From assembly GCA_001724265.1 (NCBI GenBank), contig MEDY01000244.1:1-45853 (forward strand): a DNA stretch of 45,853 nt. Reading direction: 5' to 3'. Below are positions 12,695 through 22,966 of the stretch, in pieces (the stretch's first letter is position 1; the number at the start of each line of letters is the position of its first letter). Below the pieces are notes generated by a model. It was given only the letters and a program-made list of their open reading frames with translations. It searched no databases and was not told where the DNA came from. This stretch comes from Rhizaria sp. SCN 62-66 (lineage: Eukaryota). Made by a program: the position numbers and the translations under genes.

Positions 12695-14419
12695 ATGTCC
12701 ATGAACAAGGCCAAGGGCGGTGCTGTGGCGGCCCCAGCCCCCAAGCCCAGCTCCAAGTCCGTGTTCGCCAACAAGCCCAGCGCGGCGACCAAGCCCGTTG
12801 CTGCTTCCACAAAGCGCCCCGCTCCCTCTGCACACGAGTCCGATGATGACAACGACGAAGAGGACGACGACGAGGATGAGGACGCTGACGACAATGAAGA
12901 CGACGAAGACGAGGAGGACGAGGAGGTCGTTGACGACGAGGATGAGAGCGATAATGAGGAGGACCCGAAGGAGGATGCGCGCGCTGCCGCCGCTGTGTCG
13001 AAGCCCAAGCTCGCTGCCCCCGCGACCGAGAACGTGACCATCATCGACGAAGACGCAGACAACGCGCAGGCCGAATCCGCCGCAGTCGCCGCCGAATTTG
13101 GCGCCGAGCCACAGAAGTCGTTCGAGGAGCTTGGCGTGTGCAAGCCGCTGCTCCGCGCGATTGCCGGCGTCCAGTGGAAGGTTCCCTCGCTGATCCAGCA
13201 GCACGTGCTCCCCGTAGCCTTCCGCGGCCGTGACATCATCGGCCTCGCCGAGACGGGCTCCGGTAAGACGGGCGCTTTCGCCCTGCCCATCCTTCAGGCG
13301 CTGCTGGCCGCGCCCGGCGAGCTGTTTGCGCTCGTGCTCGCCCCCACGCGCGAGCTCGCATTCCAGATCTCCGAGACGTTCGAGGCCCTGGGCGCGGGCA
13401 TCAACCTCCGCGTCGTCACCATCGTCGGCGGCGTCGACGAGATGGACCAGGCGCGCGCGCTCGCCCGCCGGCCCCACATCATCGTCGCCACTCCCGGTCG
13501 TATCGTGTTCCACCTGGAGAATACCAAGGGCTTCTCACTCCGCGCGCTGCAGTACTTGGTGCTGGATGAGGCCGACCGACTGCTTAACATGGACTTCGAG
13601 AAGGAGATTAACCGCGTTCTCGAACTCGTGCCGCGCGAGCGCCGCACGTTCCTCTTCTCGGCGACCATGACGAGCAAGGTCAGTAAGCTCCAGCGCGCTT
13701 CACTCGTCGATCCGGTCAAGATCGAGGTCGCTAAGAAGTATCAGACGGCGAAGAAGCTCATTCAGCAGTACGTCCTGACTCCCGCCAAGCTCAAGGAAGT
13801 CTACCTGACCTACATCCTGAACGAGCTTGCGGGCAACACGGCAATCATTTTCACCATGACCTGCGAGCAGGCGCAGAAGCTCGCTCTGATGCTGCGCCAC
13901 CTGGGCTTCTCGGCGATCCCGCTGCACGGCAAGATGACCCAGGAGGCCCGCCTCGGTGCGCTGTCCAAGTTCAAGGCCGGGCAGCGCAACATCCTGCTTG
14001 CCACCGACGTTGCCTCGCGCGGTATCGATATCCCATCGGTTGACCTTGTGATCAACTACGACGTGCCTGCCCACTCGAAGGACTACGTCCACCGCGTCGG
14101 CCGCACGGCCCGCGCCGGCCGCTCGGGCCGCGCTGTGACGCTCGTCACGCAGTACGACATCGAGCTGTACCAGCGCATTGAGCAGCTGCTGGGGGAGAAG
14201 CTGGCCGCTTTCCCGCTGCAGAAGGAGACGGCGCTGGTGCTGCTGGAGCGGGTCGGGGAGGCTGCGCGCATCGCGGCAGTGCAGGTGCGTGAGGAGCAAG
14301 AAGAGGAGCGCGCTAAGCTCCGCAAGCGGGCCGCGGGTGGAGGCGGCGGGCGCGGCGGCGCGGCGGGCGCGCGCGGCGGGCGCGGCGGCGGCGGCGGCAG
14401 CAAGCGTGGCCGCAACTAA
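12695..14419 (+). CDS. DDX47: DEAD-box RNA helicase DDX47/Rrp3 (SSU rRNA processing)
   Basis: Q motif, [57 protein letters not shown] and the Rrp3-typical [13 protein letters not shown]; acidic N-terminus, RGG tail; ATG at 12695, TAA stop. Confidence 0.93.
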   Translation: MSMNKAKGGAVAAPAPKPSSKSVFANKPSAATKPVAASTKRPAPSAHESDDDNDEEDDDEDEDADDNEDDEDEEDEEVVDDEDESDNEEDPKEDARAAAAVSKPKLAAPATENVTIIDEDADNAQAESAAVAAEFGAEPQKSFEELGVCKPLLRAIAGVQWKVPSLIQQHVLPVAFRGRDIIGLAETGSGKTGAFALPILQALLAAPGELFALVLAPTRELAFQISETFEALGAGINLRVVTIVGGVDEMDQARALARRPHIIVATPGRIVFHLENTKGFSLRALQYLVLDEADRLLNMDFEKEINRVLELVPRERRTFLFSATMTSKVSKLQRASLVDPVKIEVAKKYQTAKKLIQQYVLTPAKLKEVYLTYILNELAGNTAIIFTMTCEQAQKLALMLRHLGFSAIPLHGKMTQEARLGALSKFKAGQRNILLATDVASRGIDIPSVDLVINYDVPAHSKDYVHRVGRTARAGRSGRAVTLVTQYDIELYQRIEQLLGEKLAAFPLQKETALVLLERVGEAARIAAVQVREEQEEERAKLRKRAAGGGGGRGGAAGARGGRGGGGGSKRGRN

Positions 14420-14818
14420 GCCACTTAGCGGACGTAACTACGGGCACTTACATCATGTAAAACAAACGTCGATCGAGCGCTTGTTTTCTTCTTTTGAGAC
14501 AGCTACATATTTTATCACTCACACTACTGTATTCTTCTATTGCGGACTCTGGTTAGTCTGATTGTACTTTCGAGTTCTGCTTTTCATTGGGGTTCGTCTC
14601 TCCCCAAGCAAAATCACAAAAACATGAAACAACCTGTGGATTTCAAGTCCGGTCTAAGTTTTGTTATGAATAAACACAAAATCATAATATCAGTGTGGAT
14701 TTACACAAATCTCAAGTTACAAATAAGATCTTTTTATCATACAAATGTGATTTTTTTATTATGCTCGCTAGATAACTCTCAGTGTCAGTGCTAAGACACA
14801 ACAAAGCTTTGTGTTGTT

Positions 14819-16438
14819 TTAGTCCCACTTCTTGTAAACCATGCCGTCGGGCGGCTTAATATCCTTGCTATAGTCAGTCTCGCTCACTTCCTGCCAGTTG
14901 GTCGACAGCACCGTGCCGCCCGACGTCTGAAAGCTCTTCTGCATCGCACGTTTCGTATCATCACCGGCGCGCTGGTATAAATCACGCAGAAACGCCTCGG
15001 CGCCGCCTTTGTCCAGGGCTTCGGCCTCCGCAGCCGCGGCCTCCGCGTCGACCGCTGCCCAGTCACGTCGGCCCAAATTGCCGGAGTACGCCGCCGGGAG
15101 CGCGCTAGTAGCAGTACCAGCGGACGTCGCAGCACTCGCGCTATGTTGCTGCTGTGCGATGGTGCTCGTGCTTGCGGCGACGGGAGGCTTGGTGCTGCTC
15201 TTGCTTGTGACGAGCGCGGTGCCGTCGTCCCCGGGCATCGCTTCGAGGCGGGCCCACTCGAGAGGGACGGACTCACCGGCGCGCGCGGGCCGCTTGAGCA
15301 GCTTGAAGATGACTTTGTACTCGTTGACCTCGAGCGGAGTCACGGTCTCCACGCCGTCCTCTCCATGCTCGGCACTGGAGGTGGGAACATCTGAGTCGTG
15401 CGTTCCCTCCGGCAACGACTCCGCGGGCGCGAGCGTCGACAGCGCAGCGCCGGGAGCGAGCGCGGTGTGCGGCGCGGCGTGGTTTGCGAGCACAATCTCA
15501 GTGCTGTATAGCGAGCCGTCGGGCATTGTGAAGCGGGCGGCGAAGCGGCGGCCGCGGCTGGCAAGTGTGGCGGCGACCGACGCGGCGGGGACGTTCTTGG
15601 CGTAAAAGGCGAGGGTGATCGCGGCGCCGGTGTCGTACCAGCGGTGAGTCACGCCGGCGGCCAGGCCAGTCAGCGCAGGCTTACCAGCGGTCGCAGTCTC
15701 AGAGGCAGGCGCAGTCACAGTGACGCCAGTGTCTTGGTTGTCAGCCGTCTGAGTTGCGTCGTTGTCATCATCGTTGACATCGTTGACATCGTTGACATCG
15801 TTGATGTTGCCGTTGTTGTTGTCGGGGTCGTCGGTGACTTCTTCGATGCTCATGCGCTCAAATGCGCGCTCGACAGTCGCAGCACCACTCTCATCACTCG
15901 TCGTGTCATTTTTGCTGTTGCTCTTGCGATTGCTCTTGTTATCCTTGGTATTGTTCATGTTTTCCAGCCTGCGGAGCGCCTCAGCGTCCCTCTCAGCCTG
16001 CGCCAGCCACTGCGCAAGCAGCGACTCGTGCGCCCCAAACGAGGCGCCCGTGTCCCGCGCCGCCCGCAGACTGGCCACGGCCGCGGCGGGCTGCGCGAGA
16101 CGGCACTGTGCGATGCCCTGCCTCAGCAACGCCTGTCCGCGACCGACGGTGAGCGCGGCGCGTGCTTCGGGGGACGACGCGGCGGCGACGAGAACGTCGC
16201 ACACTGCCACGGCGGCGCGCGCGGCGGCCAGGGCATCGGCGGCGCGGTCGAGCTGGAGCAGGTTGGACGCGCGGGAGATGAGGAACTTGGGGGGAACGAT
16301 AGGGGACTCGCCGGGGGAAGGCGGGTTTGCCGCTGTGAAGGCGGAGATAGCGCGCACGTATAGCGCGTCAGCGGCAAAGAAGTCGCCTGCGTGCACGCAC
16401 TTAGTCGCCTCGTCGTATAACGCCGACGCGGACTCCAT
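14819..16438 (-). CDS. SUGT1: SGT1 Hsp90 co-chaperone (TPR-CS-SGS)
   Basis: N-terminal TPR-like helices; CS domain start THRWYDT..ITLAFYAKNV; SGS domain DDTKRAMQKSFQTSGGTVLSTNWQEV...PPDGMVYKKWD; ATG at 16438, TAA stop. Confidence 0.92.
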   Translation of the reverse strand: MESASALYDEATKCVHAGDFFAADALYVRAISAFTAANPPSPGESPIVPPKFLISRASNLLQLDRAADALAAARAAVAVCDVLVAAASSPEARAALTVGRGQALLRQGIAQCRLAQPAAAVASLRAARDTGASFGAHESLLAQWLAQAERDAEALRRLENMNNTKDNKSNRKSNSKNDTTSDESGAATVERAFERMSIEEVTDDPDNNNGNINDVNDVNDVNDDDNDATQTADNQDTGVTVTAPASETATAGKPALTGLAAGVTHRWYDTGAAITLAFYAKNVPAASVAATLASRGRRFAARFTMPDGSLYSTEIVLANHAAPHTALAPGAALSTLAPAESLPEGTHDSDVPTSSAEHGEDGVETVTPLEVNEYKVIFKLLKRPARAGESVPLEWARLEAMPGDDGTALVTSKSSTKPPVAASTSTIAQQQHSASAATSAGTATSALPAAYSGNLGRRDWAAVDAEAAAAEAEALDKGGAEAFLRDLYQRAGDDTKRAMQKSFQTSGGTVLSTNWQEVSETDYSKDIKPPDGMVYKKWD

Positions 16439-17474
16439 CTGGGCAGTCAGAGGCAAGCAAGAAGTATTGGGGGGAAACGGTCCTGTTGAGGGAGTCGAAG
16501 TAAAAAAGCTGTTGTTGAGGGAAAGTTAAATATTGTGGCACTTCTGTGAGAGATGTTGTCACATCCTACGCATTAAATCGGAATCCTGTGTCTGTGTGCC
16601 GTCATGTTGCATATAATTTGAGATATGGCGAATGCATTTGAATGGCGAGACGCTCCAGAACAATCCGCGAAGTGGTGTGCAAAACCAACCCAATCTCACC
16701 AGAATGATCGTCAATAGACACGTATTTCCCAACATTAAACGAAAAACGCATATAATATCGTATATGAATGCGCATGCTCTTAATGAACCTTGCTGAAAGT
16801 TATATGTTCGACTTTTAACATCTCCAGAGGGGGGCGCCTCCGCCACCTGATCTTGACTGAAACTTGTCTGCACGGCTCTTGCTGGTTCTCCTACGTTAAA
16901 TTATTTCCGTCCGATCTGTAACTTTTACGCTCAATAAAATGGTACAGATAAGAAAGGAAATGTTAGACGTAAAAAAGACTAGATTTAATGCATTAAACAA
17001 TAAGTGCTTTATTATTGCAATTTTATCTGTTGGAAACAAGAATTGGCACAGATATTGGCCAAATTATACTGCCGGTCACACACGTAAGTGAACAGACAAA
17101 AATCAAGACTCAAAGAAAGTTGTAATTAAAGTTTGGATAGGACGACGGAATGTTTGAGGAAAGGGAAACAAGACAACAACGGTTGAAAAACACGTGTTTG
17201 TCACAATAGAAAGACTCGTACCCACGTTGCAGACATGAAGCTACGAGCAAAGAACGGACTACATAACAAAGTCAAACAGTACAAAAACAGTTTGGAGTTT
17301 CTTTCTCAGAAACAAAAAATAAGATAACAAGTGAATACTAACTACTTGAATATAGGATTAGTTTCACAAAAACAGATTTGAAATATGAGACAAACATATT
17401 TCAAGATGACCGAGTGCCTGCTTCGAGGGGCACATAATCAACAAAGAAGATAAGCTTCTACGAGCGGGCACTCG

Positions 17475-19929
17475 TTAGAACTCCGCATCCCACGACTGGT
17501 CCTCCTTGGGCACCACGTCGAGATCCGGGCGATAGCACGCGGCGACCGCGTCGCGGAAGTTGGCCGTGTCCTCCTCACCGCGCACAAAGGGTGAGATGGG
17601 CGCGCGCACAGTGCGTGCAGTCAGACCGGCCCAGTCCACGGAGCGGAACCACGGATGCGCGCGCAGCAGCTTGAACGCGCCGCGCCGGAACTGCCCGCCC
17701 TGCTGCTGTTGTTGCGGCGGAGCGGCACCAGAGCGCGCGGCCGCTGCGGACCCTAGCTGTGGCTGTGACTGGGAGACGGCTTGCAGTGGGCCTGGTACTG
17801 CGCCGGCGCCAGCGGGACTGAGACCGTCGTTGGCGCCTAAGCGTAATGCGGGCTTCTTCTGCAAAAGCGCGCAGATGAGGTCCCAGGCGTCGTCCGACAG
17901 ACACGAGGCGCGGGCAAACTCGCCGGCGTAGATGCGCTTGAACAAAGCCATCTGATCCTTGCTGCCACGCTCGTCGGGGTGGTAAAACGGCGGGTGGCCG
18001 ACGATCATCTCGTAGATGAGCACGCCGAGACACCATAAATCGACTGCGAAACCGTGGCCCGTGCCCGCGATGACTTCGGGGGCGAGATAATGCGGCGTAC
18101 CGCAGACTGTGAACGTGCGGCCAGTAACGAGGATGTCCTTAGCAAGGCCGAAATCAGCAAGTTTGACGTAGCCCAGCGCGTCAAGCAGAACGTTCTCAGG
18201 CTTCAAGTCGCGGTACACAATGCCCTGCGCGTGAATCGCCTCCAGCCCGCGCAGCACAAGTGCGGCGTAAAAACGCGCCGTTTTCTCGTTGAACGACGAC
18301 TGTGAACGCAACAGCTGGAACAGTTCGCCACCCAACGCGGGCTCCAACAGGAAGTAAAGCCGCTTCTCGTCCTTGAACGTCGCATGCAGCCGCACGACAT
18401 GAGGCGAGTCCACGCGCGCAGCGAGCCGACGCTCTCTGACGACGTTAGCTGTCGCGCGCGTGGCCATAACGTGCGTGCGGAACAGCGTTTTAAGTGCATA
18501 CACAGTACCGGTGGGCTTGTGACGCACGAGTTCCACGTGGCCGTAGCCGCCGCGGCCGAGGAAGCCGACGACGGTGAAAGCTGACAGCCCTTCTGGAAAG
18601 CGCGGGTCGCGGTTTGCAAGCAACGTCGTCCGCGCGGCCGCGTACAACAGGCTCATGTCTTCGCGTGAGACCATGCTAGCAGAGCCAGCGGAGATAGCGG
18701 CCGCAGTCGCCGTCGCTGAAGAAACGCCGCTCACAGTCGCCGTTGCAGTCCCAGGGCTTGCAGCAGAAGTTGCAGCAGAAGTGGCAGTTGCGGCGGGCTT
18801 GCCGGGTGCCGTGCTCGCATCTGCGGCGCGCGCGGCTGCCGCCTTGGCCTTGATGGGCGTTTTGAGGACCTTCTTAATCGTCTTTGTGGCCGTCGCAGTC
18901 GCAGCGGGTGCGCTTGCTTCAGCCGCAGATGTGGCCGCAGCAGAAGCAGCGGCGGCCGCGGCACTCGCAGCCGCCTCCGCGGCCATTGCCGCGGCGTGTT
19001 GCGCAACCTTAGCGAGCGTGTGTACAGCGACGGGCCCCAACATCCGACGGAAAAGGTATCCGTCAAGGATGGCGACCTCGACGTGCCCACACGCGCGCAC
19101 AGTGGCCTCGGCCGGGATCGCACCAGACACGAGCGCGGCTTCGTTGTAGCACGCGCCGACCGCGCCGGCCGTGACAGTGAGGCCCTGGCCGGGGACCTCA
19201 CGCGACACCTCAACGGTGCCGGCGCAAACGACGAACATCGCGTCCTTGCGATCGCCTTGTTTCACAATCACGTCGCCGTGACTGAAGGGCGTTGCCTCGA
19301 GAGCCTCGGCCAGGCGACGCCGCTCGCCCAGCGCCAGCGGCCGCAGCAGCGGCACCGCAGCGAGGAAGCCTTCGTACGCGCGCAGCTGCGACTCAGTGAC
19401 GTTGCGCAGCAGCCGGCGGAAGGTGACCCGCTCCAGCACCCACACGATGCTGGGTTTGATGGCTGTGACGGTGGCGACGCGCGGCGTGTCGTAAAGCAGC
19501 GCGAGTTCGCCGAAGCTGACGCCGGGGACCTTAAGCGAGGCAAGCTTGCGCTGCGAAGCGCCGTCGGGCGCGGAGATGGTGACGTGCATCTTTCCCTTTT
19601 CAAGCACGTAAAAGTGGTCACCTGGGTCGCCCTGCCTAATGAGCACGGTTTCAGGCGGAACTTCAGCGCGCCACATCGAGTCCACCACGCGCGCACGGTG
19701 CGCATCCGACATGCCTTGGCAGAGTACAGACTGACGCAGCGCGCTCAGCAGTAGCGGACGCACTTTCGACGGCGGAGGCTCGTGCACCGCCGCTGGCGTC
19801 GCAGCGGTCACAGTCACGGGCGCGGGCGACGGCGAGGCGGGGCCGGCGTTGACGCTGGGGCTGCTGCCGCGCACGGTGGTGTTGACAGGCAGCGCCAGCG
19901 ACGCCGACGCTGTGGCGGGGCTTGCAGCA

Positions 19930-19982
<53 letters not shown>

Positions 19983-22037
19983 CGCAGAAGTTGTGGGAGT
20001 GGTGATCGAGCTTGTCTAGCTCGCAACCGCACTTGCGACCCCAGGGGATACGGGCGAAGCAGCAGACGCCTTGTCAGCCTTGCTCTTCGCGTCCGCCACA
20101 GACGCCGCCGCCCCGGCGGACGAGGCCGCTGAAGAGGTCGCTGTGACGGCGTCGGTCGCAGAGCCAGTCTGCTGCGGCGCTGTGACAGCTGGCGCGTTCG
20201 CGGAGCCAGGCACCGACGTCTCGCTAGCAGCAGCCGTAGCTGGCGGAATGCAGAGCACCGGTGAGCGCGCGCGCGAGAGCATGAGCGACGGTAGTCCGCC
20301 CTTCATGTGCAAGTGCGCGGACATCGCCTGTGCAGAGGGCGTCGCGGGCGGACGCGCGCGAGAGAACCCGCCTGCTGAGCCACTGGCGCTGCCCCGCGGA
20401 CTCGCACGCGCACTCGCACTCGTCGTAGTCGCGGCGGCCGTGGCAGCGCTGTCGGGGGCACTGTCCCCGTAGCTTGTGGCGGCGGCACTGGGGCCCGTTG
20501 ACGGCGGGCGCGGGGACGACACGCGTGAGGGGACACGTGACACGCCACGGGACTGCGTGAGGGACTGCGCGCGCGAGTGCGGCCGCAGCAGCAGCGGCAA
20601 GTCCGGTCCGCAGTCGGGCAGCAGGATCGGCGGCAGGGTCGCTGAGAAGGCGGCGGCGATGACGGCTTCGGTGTCGGCCTCGGCGTCGGCGGCGGCGGCA
20701 GCGGCCTCGGCGGCAGCAATCGCGGCGGCGGCGACGGACGCGGCGCGCGCGGCCTGTGCAGATTTGGCGGCGTTCGCAGCAACTCCAGGCGCGGACTGCG
20801 ACGGTGCCTGGGTCTGCGGCTGTGGCGGGTGCGTCACGATGGGAGACGCGACAGCTCTCAGACTGGGCCGCGCAGACGCGCTCACAATGACTGGCGCTGC
20901 GGCAGCGGCGACTGTCGCCGTGTCAGAGTCAACAGTAGAGCCGGCAGCGGCCGCAGTGGCAGCGGCCGCAGTGGCAGCGGCGGCACGGGCACGTTCACGT
21001 TCACGCTCACGGAGACGGTTAGTGGCCTTGCGTGTGACCGAGACGGAGCCGGGAGAGCCCAACACCACAGCCGGGGCCATCGCGGCGGCGGCAGCTGTGG
21101 CATTGTTGCCTGTGGCAGTGCGCACAAGGGCTTCTGCGTCACCCTCTGTGTCGGCAGCGGCGGACCTGCGGAACGGTGACCGTGACCGTGAGCGGGAGCG
21201 GGGCCGCGTGAGCGACACAGCGCTGCCGGGCCGCGGCTTCACCGGTGTCGGCGCCGCGGAGAGCGAGACGGAGACGGAGACACGCGCACGGTCGCTGTCG
21301 CCGCCGCCGCCGCCGCCGCCGCCGTCGGTGACGACGCTCGGGGTCGGTAGCGAGGCTCCGGCGCCGGTCAGTAGCGAGAAGACCGGAGCGGGGGCCGGCG
21401 AGACGGAGCTCGATGGCGCGGCGGTCACAGTTGGGGCGAGCCCCGCCGCGGGGATGCGCGTGGTCACGGCAGTGGCGGTATGCGAGGAGGGCGGCGGCGA
21501 CGGCGTTGGCGACGGGGATGGCGAGGGCGAGAAACGGAATTTGCCCGCGGTGGCTGCGGAAGGCGACACGGAGGGCGTGGTGAGCGCATACGATGTCGAG
21601 ATAAGCACGGGCGGCGGCGGGAGCATCGCGCGAGCCGGTCCAGGCTCGCGGTGGGGAGAGTGGTGACGCGTGCGGGACACAGGAACAGGCATCGAAAAAG
21701 TGTTGAAGTCTTCGACGGTGTCTGTGAAGGACGTCAGAAGCGGTTTGATCGGAGAGCGAGAGGCATTGGGCGCGATAACGGTCGGCGCACGGGCTTCCTT
21801 CGCATCGGAGGCTGAGTTCGGGCGCTGGCGCGACGCTGACGACGACGAGGACGTCGATACGGAGGTCGTTGTGGCTGAGGCAGCGGAGGCCGCGTTGGAG
21901 GGCGCCACAGTCGGCACTGAGGGTGAATTCAATGAGAGCGCCGACATAGAGTCGCTGACAGATGGGGGCAGCGACGACGACGCGGTTGAGGAAGACACGC
22001 GCGCCGGGGCCGCGCCGGGAGCTGTGGGCTCGGACAT
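17475..22037 (-). CDS. cGMP-dependent protein kinase-like (two cNMP-binding domains + AGC kinase) with long low-complexity N-terminus; one in-frame TAG at 20016-20018; 1520 aa if read through
   Basis: cNMP domains (LIRQGDPGDHFYVL..FGELALLYDTPRVATV; IVKQGDRKDAMFVV), kinase motifs GRGGYG, YALK, YRDLKPENVLL, DFG, TVCGTPHYLAPE, C-terminal WDAEF. ORFs 20016..22037 and 17475..19874 share a frame with only one TAG between them. The kinase part is high confidence; joining the N-terminus depends on TAG decoding. Confidence 0.8.
19935..19976 (-). repeat. (GCT)14 microsatellite encoding poly-Ala in PKG-like gene
   Basis: Perfect trinucleotide run read directly; in frame with both flanking ORFs. Confidence 0.9.
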
Positions 22038-22966
22038 GGCGATGGGTGCGATGCAATTAGGTCAGAGCCGACACTTTCATCAAACCTGCGCACTTGATAA
22101 TGCACGCGGTTCAGTTGAAAGCTACAGGTTAAGTTGAAGACAACATCGGATATTAGATCAAATCAAATGTGAGTTAAAAAACCGTGATTGTGTTGCAGGA
22201 CGAGTCTCTCCGGATGAGGGTGCGAGCGACGTGGCCAAAGTGCGAGTCAATGAGACCGAGAGAATAGTGTTTGCATCTCACAACAAGTTCCGTCTAGAGC
22301 CCTCTCCAAAAAATATAATGACATGTCCAGGTTTTTATATACAAGGAAGTAAACAACCGTTGCACAACTGTGTTCGTCAGTCTATATACTTTGCTCAATT
22401 TTGCTCACCACAAACGCTCGGCGCGCGCCGAGTCGACCTCCGAGATGCAAACCAGAATTTCGGATAATATTCCAGACCAGCTTCCGGTTTAAGAACACAT
22501 ACTTGCAGCCCGTAAGCAAAATGCGCATTAACGCCGTGGTGCAGAACTTTTATCGCTCAAATCCTATTCTGTCTCTGTAACTTCCTGAGTGCGCAGAAAT
22601 TGGTCTTGCGAGCCGTTGCATCTGACTACACATTTGCATAGTAGACTGCTTGATCTTCCTACGTGGCTCAGCTGAAGTTCTATTAATTCCACAAGATATC
22701 TAATTGTACAATGCTAAGCTATGTATGCGTAGATGTGCTTATTCGACGCGCAATCGTGAGAATATTACTGACTCGTGCCAAGTAGCATCCACGTGATCGC
22801 GGATCGAAACAAAACACAGAATTAGGTAAAAATAAAGACTATATAGAGAATTAATAGGTTAAAAGGCATTTTAAGTGGCGAAAACCAGCGCCCAGCCCCA
22901 TCCGGTTACTTGCTGCGGACACCAGTGTTCGCGTTAATGTAATGCTTCTCTTGGTGACACTGCAGG

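Noticed and set aside
15769-15803. 9 nt tandem repeat CATCGTTGA in SGT1
   Set aside because: Simple coding slippage repeat (NDV)n in the variable linker; no sign of a separate function.
19920-20020. Frameshift or assembly slip at the GCA microsatellite splitting the kinase gene
   Set aside because: Both ORFs are in the same frame (22037-19874 is divisible by 3); the only interruption is the TAG.
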